Assembly: GCA_015272195.1 (NCBI GenBank)
Contig: JACYMC010000173.1
Coordinates: 28,642 to 92,641 of the forward strand
From: Candidatus Sericytochromatia bacterium
GTDB lineage: Bacteria > Cyanobacteriota > Sericytochromatia > UBA7694
Direction: 5' to 3'
Length of the DNA: 64,000 bases
In this document: positions 31,301-38,583 of the stretch, one piece after another
Numbering within the stretch: the stretch's first letter is position 1
Layout: each line of letters starts with the position of its first letter
Translations under genes and position numbers: made by a program
Notes under the pieces: model-generated
Told to the model about the DNA's origin: nothing
Database searches by the model: none
The model's input: the letters and a program-made list of their open reading frames with translations, nothing else

Positions 31301-32063
31301 TGAAGTGCGCCGGATTACGGCGATTGTACCGGGTACACCGCCCCGGATTGAGTTGGATAACCACTTGGGTAACATGACTGTGGCTACGGCCAATGCGGGC
31401 AATGGCTCATCAGCAGCGCCTCTGACCGTAGCTGACGCCACCGGGTTTAGCAGTGGCAATACCGTTCGCTTTGCCGGGTTGAATCAGGTGCGGACCATTA
31501 CTTCAGTGAATGGCAATAACCTGGTGCTCAGTGCACCGGTTTACCGTTCCCTGCAGACCACTGTGGCCCCCGGTAGTCCTGCCGCAAACCAGATTAACCT
31601 GGTCAGTGTGGCTGGCTTGACCGCTGGTGCTAATGGTGACTGGCTTCACTTTGCTGGTGATAATATCCGGCAGATTACGGGCATTGCAGGCAATCAGGTG
31701 ACACTTAATGCGGCTTTGCCGGCGATTCCTGCCGACAATAGCGAAGTGCGCGTTTTGCTCAATGGTGGCGAGCTGAACCGTGTTCCAACGATAGGTAACC
31801 TGACGCCTGTGGGTGTGGGTGGTGACGGTGCGGCGGTGCCTTATAATATCAATTTGGTGCCAACAGCCGGTACCTTTACCCTGGTGCCTTATGATGATGC
31901 GGGCGCCCGTCAGGCCCGCATCAGCCGCATTCCAACCAGTGGTTCGATTTATCTCGCACCCCGGGCGGGCTTTCTGCGCAAGTACCTCTCGATTAAGCTG
32001 ACGGGAGACAATCTGGCTGTGGGCGGTTACACCACCACAACCGCGCCTTCTCCCCGGCAGTAA
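28308..32063 (+). CDS. Giant (1251 aa) surface lipoprotein with a Pro-rich linker, four putative-Ig (He_PIG-like) repeats, an IPT/TIG domain and a lamin-tail (LTD) domain, followed by a ~750 aa Gly/Asn/Thr/Val-rich region
   Basis: The lipobox is LLSAC. Repeats read ...[34 protein letters not shown] / [33 protein letters not shown] / [32 protein letters not shown]. The IPT begins [10 protein letters not shown]. The LTD is [34 protein letters not shown]. Confidence 0.75.
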   Translation: [1251 protein letters not shown]

Positions 32064-32080
32064 GATCCTGTATTAACCTA

Positions 32081-32110
32081 AAAAGCACCCGCATTTTGCG
32101 GGTGCTTTTC
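32081..32110. terminator. Bidirectional rho-independent terminator (AAAAGCACCCGC-attttg-GCGGGTGCTTTTC)
   Basis: A perfect 9 bp GC-rich stem (32084-32092 / 32098-32106) is flanked by an A-run on one side and a T-run on the other. It lies between the convergent 1251 aa gene and the methyltransferase gene. Confidence 0.8.
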
Positions 32111-32136
32111 TATAGTTAAAGTAAAGCAGGTGGCTC

Positions 32137-32811
32137 TTAACCGCGTTCGCGGGGCTGTGGCCGAGCTGCCGGTTCTTTTTCGGCGTCGTTTTCAAAATCA
32201 ATAAAGGGAAAGGTGTTGATTTTACGGCCAATCATAATAAAGCTGAGGATATTGAGATAAGGGTTTTTCATCAGCTGGGACAATTGCCGGCTCAGGGTGG
32301 GGACTTGCTGGAGCTGGTAGACCACTTCGTCAATAAACTCAAAGCCACTTTGATCCAGCAGACGCCGCAGCGACTCGTTTGAAAAGTAGCGGATGTGGTT
32401 TTCACGCAGCGCACCGTCATCCTGATACGCCCAGCCTTCACTCATCAGATTGAGGATGGTTGAAATATGCCCGATATTATAGGTGACGGCATAAATCTGG
32501 CCCTGAGGCTGTAAAAACTTGCGCAGCGCCAGTAAGAGCCGGTCAGGATCCAGGGCCTGCTCCAGTGCGTGATACACAATCAGCAGATCATAACTTTTGG
32601 GCGGCAGGCTGAAATCCAGTTCAGGCTGTTCGCGACAGATATCCTGCCATTGTGTGCTTAGCTCATTGAGATAGACAAACTCTTTGCCTTCTGCTGCACA
32701 GAGTGCTGCCAGTTCAGGCAAAGGGTCTCCCAGGCAAAGAATTTTTTTCTGCTCGGGTTTGAGCATGGATTTCAGTTTGGCTTCCATATGCTGACGGTAT
32801 TGCGTATGCAT
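32137..32811 (-). CDS. Class I SAM-dependent methyltransferase, paralogous to the C-terminal domains of the two upstream rSAM-type proteins
   Basis: Motif I is KILCLGDPLPELAALCAAEG. Post-motif II is YDLLIVYHALEQALDPDRLLLALRKFLQPQGQIYAV, compare ILLSHALEKLRDPIALLQSLHAYLKPEGHILCI in the 645 aa protein. The start is taken at internal ATG 32811, 1 nt after the upstream stop. Confidence 0.65.
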   Translation of the reverse strand: MHTQYRQHMEAKLKSMLKPEQKKILCLGDPLPELAALCAAEGKEFVYLNELSTQWQDICREQPELDFSLPPKSYDLLIVYHALEQALDPDRLLLALRKFLQPQGQIYAVTYNIGHISTILNLMSEGWAYQDDGALRENHIRYFSNESLRRLLDQSGFEFIDEVVYQLQQVPTLSRQLSQLMKNPYLNILSFIMIGRKINTFPFIDFENDAEKEPAARPQPRERG

Positions 32812-32812
32812 T

Positions 32813-34768
32813 TTATAACTTCCTTGCAAGCAATTTGATTTCACTCGTATAGAGCAGGTGCTGGGGGACATGACGGGCACTGAAGTGTTCAATGTGCTGA
32901 CTCAGATTCTGCACCAGGGTGCGCATGCTCTCGATTTCCTCGATTGGGGCATGACCTATACTCAGTATTTCCATCTGACAGGCTTTGACCATATCTTCCA
33001 GCTGGGGCTGGGTGATCCAGCGCAGAACCGGGTAGTGTTGCTGGCTGTATTTGACGGGCCAGTCTAGAAATTTCAGCAGGAGGTAAATACACAGCGGATT
33101 CACCACGCTCAAAAAGACTTTACCCCCTGGCTTCAGGCTCTGACTGAGTCGCCGCAGTATTTCAAGTGGGCGACGCAAACCGTTCAGGCTGCCGGGCAGC
33201 AGCAGCATATCCAGTGGTTTTTGCGGCCATTCGCCGTGCAGATGGCCCTGACGAACGTGTAATTGCTGGATGTGATAGCCTTCCAGAAAGGGTTTACAGG
33301 CGGTCTCTGGTTGCAGGACCACTTCCAGCACCTGATCTTCGGGTGTAAAGTGTTCCCTGGCCAGGCTGCGCGCCACAACGGCGCGCCCCCAGTAGATAAT
33401 GTCCCCTTTATGTGGGCCCATAAAGCCCTGCTTTTCTTTGCCCAGGCGGGCAAAGGCATCATAAATTTCATGAAAGACCGCACCGCGCAGCTGGGTGTGG
33501 TAAAGGGGCAATTCCGGTGAAACATTTTCCCAGTCCATGGCATGCCATGGCATGCGCTCCAGAGTGGCGCTATCGGGCTTGTGCTTTTTGGCGTAAGCAT
33601 CCCACATGGGTGTGCCAGGAATCGGGGCCATCAGCGTGGTCTGCAGACGTTCAAACAGATGGTGGTGATCCTGCAGGTAAAGGTAAAACGCTGCCATTTG
33701 CTGGCGTGATGTCTGAGGTTCAGGGTTGAGAAAAACCAGGCCCAGGACATCAATCTGGATTTCTTTACAGGCCAGCAAAACCTGGCTCAGACGTTCCGGG
33801 CTGGCCTGTGACAACAGTTTGTTCTGGTGGCCAAAAGGCGCCAGCTGAAACATGAGTTTACGCACGTTCATGGCTTTGAGCTGTTTTAAAATGCCAGGTG
33901 TCAGCTGTTCCGGAGCGGCTGAAAGAATAAAAAAGATCTGCTGGTGTAATTTGCGCTCCACAATCAGGGCTTGAAGCTCTTTGAGGCGTTCAGGAAAAGC
34001 CAGTAACTGCTGATCGGCAATAAAAACCGGTGAAAAATACATGCGCTGGTGGGCTTCCAGGGGCAAAGACTGAAACAAAAAAGTATAATTGGCCACGATT
34101 TGCTCCAGCTGCTTCAGAAGGCTGACGCTGCTGAGCTGACGTGGCTTACGGGTCGGTGCGTAGGCCAGCGTTGTCAGCAGGTTATCCTGAATCCGGGCGG
34201 TCCGAATCACAGGGGCGCTGAAGCCCGGAAAGTCCAGCCAGAAACGGTAGTTGGGTGTGGGCAACTGGTTAAGGTCGGCAATCATCTGGCCCGGTGTGCC
34301 TGAATACATGCGCCCCTGACTCTGGTAGACAATGCCGGGGATCCGGCGGTAATGGGCACTTGTGGCATCGGGCTGTTTCAGATAGAGTTCCAGCAACTGC
34401 TTCAGCGGTACTTCCACTTCGCCAATAATACCAACGTCTACAGCGGGTGGCAGGCTTTGGGGCAGATATGAAATATGCGGGCCCGCCAGCCAGACAGGAA
34501 TATCCAGATAGGCTTTGATATTTTCGGCCATCGCGCTGGCCAGCTCAAAGCAGGCGCTGGTGGACCACAGCAGAATGACATCCGGGTGTTTGCTGGCCAG
34601 GCTTTTAAGCTCCAGCCCGATCACCGGGGAGACATTGTCGAAGGTCTGCTGAATAAACGGCACGATTTCCGATAGCGCGTGGGCGGCAAAATACTCCAGC
34701 CCACTGGCTTGTATGGCACCTTTTTTAAAGTGCTCTGGTTTAAAAAGAGGAAGCAGTCCTAGTTTCAT
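32813..34768 (-). CDS. Cysteine-less paralogue of the adjacent B12-binding radical-SAM/methyltransferase fusion (B12-like N-domain, degenerate rSAM core, MTase-like C-domain)
   Basis: The architecture is colinear with the 645 aa protein. The B12-domain region IGIIGEVEVPLKQLLELYLKQ matches IGVLGEGEETLFELMQLYQRN. The FTARGCPYKCTFCAS position reads IRTARIQDNLLTTLA, so no CxxxCxxC is present. Confidence 0.6.
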   Translation of the reverse strand: MKLGLLPLFKPEHFKKGAIQASGLEYFAAHALSEIVPFIQQTFDNVSPVIGLELKSLASKHPDVILLWSTSACFELASAMAENIKAYLDIPVWLAGPHISYLPQSLPPAVDVGIIGEVEVPLKQLLELYLKQPDATSAHYRRIPGIVYQSQGRMYSGTPGQMIADLNQLPTPNYRFWLDFPGFSAPVIRTARIQDNLLTTLAYAPTRKPRQLSSVSLLKQLEQIVANYTFLFQSLPLEAHQRMYFSPVFIADQQLLAFPERLKELQALIVERKLHQQIFFILSAAPEQLTPGILKQLKAMNVRKLMFQLAPFGHQNKLLSQASPERLSQVLLACKEIQIDVLGLVFLNPEPQTSRQQMAAFYLYLQDHHHLFERLQTTLMAPIPGTPMWDAYAKKHKPDSATLERMPWHAMDWENVSPELPLYHTQLRGAVFHEIYDAFARLGKEKQGFMGPHKGDIIYWGRAVVARSLAREHFTPEDQVLEVVLQPETACKPFLEGYHIQQLHVRQGHLHGEWPQKPLDMLLLPGSLNGLRRPLEILRRLSQSLKPGGKVFLSVVNPLCIYLLLKFLDWPVKYSQQHYPVLRWITQPQLEDMVKACQMEILSIGHAPIEEIESMRTLVQNLSQHIEHFSARHVPQHLLYTSEIKLLARKL

Positions 34769-34814
34769 GCCGGCATGATATCCGCAGGGGTCAGATCTTA
34801 AAAATTACCCTGTA

Positions 34815-36752
34815 CTATAGCACAGGGGCGGGCTTTTCTGAAGCCCGCAGTATGCGTCCGGCGCTTGTTGACGGGCTTTGTAAAACGCTGAGACAGGTCA
34901 CAGGAATTTCCTGCTGGCTCTGCCCCTCTGCATTCAGTAACTGCAAGGCCTGCTGCATTTTGTCTGACATCTGTACCGGGCTGGCGAGAAGCACCTGAGA
35001 CTGGCTTTCGTGCCAGCGGCTGCGTTTCAGCAGCGGCTGCAGACTCTGGTGACTGATAAAGCGCAGGGCATGGTGGTGGTTGACGCCAAAGGGGCTGGCT
35101 TCCCATTTGCCGCGCAGCAGTTGCTCCATCAGGGCCGGGTGACGGGCGTTATAGTAGATACACAGAATGTGTCCCTCGGGCTTTAGATACGCATGCAGGC
35201 TTTGAAGCAGGGCGATCGGATCGCGCAGTTTTTCGAGGGCGTGGCTGAGCAGAATCGTGGCGTATTGCTGTTTTGCTTCAATGGGCGTGAGTTCCGCTTT
35301 CCCTGAGGCAATGAGGATTTTGGTGACTTTCAGATCGGGCTGCAGATCGGCCAGGCAAAACGCTTCAAAGCCAATTTCGAGAACGGGTCCTTTGATGCTG
35401 ATATCCTCGAGCAGGGTTTTGTAGAGATGCTCAAAGTATTTGCGCTTGGTCAGCCAGGCATGCAGTTGCTGCTTACCGGCCTGCAGTGTGGTCTGAAAGA
35501 CCTGAAAGCGGTCGTAAATGCTTTCAAAGGTCTCTGGTCTCAGGTGCTGATTCATATACACAGAGCGTCCCCGCTCAAAACTGAGGTTAAGGGCATCCCA
35601 GTTTTCAAAGTTGGGGGGCAGAGCACCCAGATCCTGGGCTTGCTTCCAGAGTTCAGTGCCTGGAAAGGGCGTGGCATAGGCGATGGTGGGCTGGGCAAAA
35701 CGGTAGTGATTGCTTTGAATAAACCAGTAGGATCTGGCCATATCCTCTTCGGTTTCTTCGGGTACACCGATCATCATATTGCTGACCACGGGCAAATTAA
35801 AGCGCTCACAAATTTCCAGGGCCCGCTGGTTGTCACGGGCAGAGGTTTTGCCTTTGAGGGCGGTTAAAATGCGATCGCTGGCTGACTCCAGGCCAAAGCA
35901 AACCACCAGCCCGTTCATTTGCACGATCATCCGGGCAATTTCTTCATCAAAGACGCTGGCACGTGCGTTCAGCGAAAAGCCCACTTTTTTGTGCAGGCCT
36001 TTGGCCCGGATGGCATCTACAATGGCCCGCATGCGCTTTTTATTCAAGGGGAAGAGGTCATCATTGATGGGAATAATGCTTTGATCCGGAAAATGGCTGA
36101 CGATGTACTCGATTTCCTGAATCACTCGCTCCACTGAGTGGTAGCGGGTGCGCTGCCAAAAGCGGGTAGAGGCGCAAAAGGTGCACTTGTACGGGCAGCC
36201 CCGTGCGGTAAAAATGGGTTGCTGCCACTGGGTGTCTTTCAGCAATAGCTCCCGATTGGGCATGGGGATGCTGTCCATGTCTTCGATCCAGGCGCGTGGG
36301 GCAGTAATGATACGTTCGCCTTTGTGCCAGAATACCAGGCCATTGATTTTGCTCAGGTTTTCGGGGGTGGCTTCATTGCGCTGGTACAGCTGCATCAGCT
36401 CAAACAGGGTTTCTTCGCCTTCGCCCAGCACGCCAATGTCTACTTCGGGGGGCAGGGTTTCGGGGGCTGCTGAAATATGTTCACCGCCAACGATCAGGGG
36501 CACGCTGGCATCCAGTTGTTTAAAGTGCCGGGCGTGGTGAATGACGTCCTCAAAGGTTTCGGTAAACGAAGACAGACCAATGATATCCGGGCTCTGACGC
36601 AGCAGCGCGTCACGGTTATCGACTTCGAGAATGGTGTCATGAAAGTTGAGGTGGGTTTCAAGATAGGCCGACAGATAGCCGAACGACAGCGGCGCGATAA
36701 AACCCCGATCTTCGTAGTCTTCGCCTTTGAGATACATCATTCCCAGTCGCAT
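34815..36752 (-). CDS. B12-binding radical SAM protein (class B) fused to a C-terminal class I methyltransferase-like domain
   Basis: The N-terminal cobalamin-binding-type domain reads PLIVGGEHISAAPETLPPEVDIGVLGEGEET. The radical-SAM cluster motif is TARGCPYKCTFCAS. The C-terminal ~200 aa are homologous to the stand-alone MTase. A GGAGG SD lies 6 nt upstream. Confidence 0.8.
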   Translation of the reverse strand: MRLGMMYLKGEDYEDRGFIAPLSFGYLSAYLETHLNFHDTILEVDNRDALLRQSPDIIGLSSFTETFEDVIHHARHFKQLDASVPLIVGGEHISAAPETLPPEVDIGVLGEGEETLFELMQLYQRNEATPENLSKINGLVFWHKGERIITAPRAWIEDMDSIPMPNRELLLKDTQWQQPIFTARGCPYKCTFCASTRFWQRTRYHSVERVIQEIEYIVSHFPDQSIIPINDDLFPLNKKRMRAIVDAIRAKGLHKKVGFSLNARASVFDEEIARMIVQMNGLVVCFGLESASDRILTALKGKTSARDNQRALEICERFNLPVVSNMMIGVPEETEEDMARSYWFIQSNHYRFAQPTIAYATPFPGTELWKQAQDLGALPPNFENWDALNLSFERGRSVYMNQHLRPETFESIYDRFQVFQTTLQAGKQQLHAWLTKRKYFEHLYKTLLEDISIKGPVLEIGFEAFCLADLQPDLKVTKILIASGKAELTPIEAKQQYATILLSHALEKLRDPIALLQSLHAYLKPEGHILCIYYNARHPALMEQLLRGKWEASPFGVNHHHALRFISHQSLQPLLKRSRWHESQSQVLLASPVQMSDKMQQALQLLNAEGQSQQEIPVTCLSVLQSPSTSAGRILRASEKPAPVL

Positions 36753-36816
36753 GGCCAGCCTCCTGTCTTATCTTATCAGACCCCATGGCAGAGGGGCTTG
36801 TCAAGCTCGGCTTGCA

Positions 36817-37431
36817 CTAAAGATCCGGTAAAATATTTTTGAGCGGATCAATGCGGATGGCTGACATAGACAATTTGGGATCCAGACCAAACTCTGCCCG
36901 CCGCTCAACATCGTCCGCTTTCAGGCTGACTGTTACGGGGACATTTTTTTGTTTTGGAAACACCAGCTCCTGACTTTGATTGGCCTCCAGCCGGTCAATG
37001 ACTTTTTTAAGTTGACCATATTGAATCACAATGTTTTCGATGGTTTCATCCGATTGATTCACAATAAAAATTGAAGCGCTGTTCTGGCTATGTGGAAAGT
37101 AGCTGTATTGTATAAAGAAGAAGATGCCTGTCAGATTTAACAGCAAAATGGCAGCAGCTAGCGTTAGGGGTTTAGTGAAGCTGTGCTGGGGCCTTTTGGC
37201 TTCAGGCAGCTCGCTGATACGGTTCATTTGTTGATTGAACTGGTTCAGCAAATGCAGGGCAAAAAACCCCCCCAAAACGCTGACTCCCAAACCAAGCCAG
37301 GCCAGCCAGAGATTGGTGCTCAGTTTTAAGCCGAGCCAGAGAAGTATGGGAGCAAAAACAAAAACAAGGTTTTTTCGTTTGAAGGGTTCTGGTTTGAATG
37401 GGTCTGTAGATGTGCTCATGCTAACCGACAA
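36817..37431 (-). CDS. Small membrane protein (3 TM plus a soluble C-terminal domain), hypothetical
   Basis: The TM segments are LVFVFAPILLWLGLKL, LAWLGLGVSVLGGFFALHLL and LTLAAAILLLNLTGIFFFI. It sits between the pilin-like genes and the rSAM genes on the same strand. Its GC is lower than its neighbours. Confidence 0.5.
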   Translation of the reverse strand: MSVSMSTSTDPFKPEPFKRKNLVFVFAPILLWLGLKLSTNLWLAWLGLGVSVLGGFFALHLLNQFNQQMNRISELPEAKRPQHSFTKPLTLAAAILLLNLTGIFFFIQYSYFPHSQNSASIFIVNQSDETIENIVIQYGQLKKVIDRLEANQSQELVFPKQKNVPVTVSLKADDVERRAEFGLDPKLSMSAIRIDPLKNILPDL

Positions 37432-37455
37432 AGATTTGATGTGATGAAAAGGGCT

Positions 37456-38583
37456 TTACAGGTCTCTGGCGTAAGCGGTGTGCAGGTAGGTGATGTCCAC
37501 AAAGCTGTTATGGCTGCTTTGACCCACGGCTGTTGTGCGAATCAGAATCGAGCGGCCGCTGCTGTGGCCCACAATGGCTGTTTCAAATCCCCTCGGAAAG
37601 GTTCCCAGGCTCAGGGCGGGCGTGGTATCGCTGGCCGGTATCACGTCCTGCGCGTTGGGGGGGCATGAGGGCACGGTGGGGTTATAAAAGCCAGGCACGG
37701 GGTTTCTGAGATTCATGGTCTGGCCGCCGTTTCCACTTTGTGTTTGATTGTAGGCAATGCTGTAGCGGGTATCAGATGAGCTGGGGAAGCGAAACACACT
37801 GGTGTGGCGTGCCTTGGGAATCTGAAAAGAAGCCCCTGCGCTGCTCAGACTGGTGCCAGCCCCTGCAACATTATAAAATGCGGTATTGGCATTGGCTGAA
37901 GACCGTTCCCAGGCAAAGTTAATGTTGTTGCTAATCAAGTCGCTGCGAATCGTGGACGCACTGCCCGGGAACAAGGTCAGCAGGCGTTCAAGTTGTTCTG
38001 CAGAGACGAAGCGCACACTTCGCCACTCAATCAAACGCTGACCCTGAAACACATTGTTCCCCTGATAAATGTCGTAGTCTGTATCATCGCTGATATAAAT
38101 ATATTTAAAGACATAGACATCAACCCGGGCGTCTATGCCGCCGCTGAAATCTCTGAAGGTGTCATCCAGTTCAGCGTACAGCAGCGCATTGCCCACACTG
38201 TTGGCCCGAAAAAAGTTCTCTGGCGACACAGCGCAGGTTTTTTCAATAGCCAGTGAACCAGACACCCGAATCGTTGGCAAGGTTGAGTCAGGGATAATGG
38301 CGGGTGAATCGCTCAGGCTGATTTTATTGCGATAGGCATTCCCCAGGGTGTCGTTGCCAAAGACCGCTTTGGCCTGGTTGAGGCCTTTGCTGAGGCGAAT
38401 GCTGCCTGACTGGAGCTCACTTTTAACCACAGCATACAGCTGTGTCACGTTATGTGAGCGCCAGCTGGTTTGCAGAAAGCTTACGCAGAGGGCGACCAGC
38501 GTAACCAGAATGGCCATGGCAATCATCAGCTCGACCAGTGAAAAACCTTTGGACCTTTTGAGGGTGTTTATGGTTTTACTCAT
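37456..38583 (-). CDS. Type IV pilin-like (minor pilin/pseudopilin) protein, 375 aa
   Basis: The prepilin N-terminal cleavage/methylation motif is KGFSLVELMIAMAILVTLVAL (Gly-1, Phe+1, Glu+5). Its start overlaps the upstream stop (ATGA). Confidence 0.8.
   Translation of the reverse strand: MSKTINTLKRSKGFSLVELMIAMAILVTLVALCVSFLQTSWRSHNVTQLYAVVKSELQSGSIRLSKGLNQAKAVFGNDTLGNAYRNKISLSDSPAIIPDSTLPTIRVSGSLAIEKTCAVSPENFFRANSVGNALLYAELDDTFRDFSGGIDARVDVYVFKYIYISDDTDYDIYQGNNVFQGQRLIEWRSVRFVSAEQLERLLTLFPGSASTIRSDLISNNINFAWERSSANANTAFYNVAGAGTSLSSAGASFQIPKARHTSVFRFPSSSDTRYSIAYNQTQSGNGGQTMNLRNPVPGFYNPTVPSCPPNAQDVIPASDTTPALSLGTFPRGFETAIVGHSSGRSILIRTTAVGQSSHNSFVDITYLHTAYARDL

Noticed and set aside
36753-36816. 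CCCC...GGGG short hairpin between the membrane-protein gene and the rSAM gene as a possible internal terminator
   Set aside because: It has only a 4 bp stem and no U-tract. A GGAGG ribosome-binding site for the rSAM gene occupies this spacer instead.
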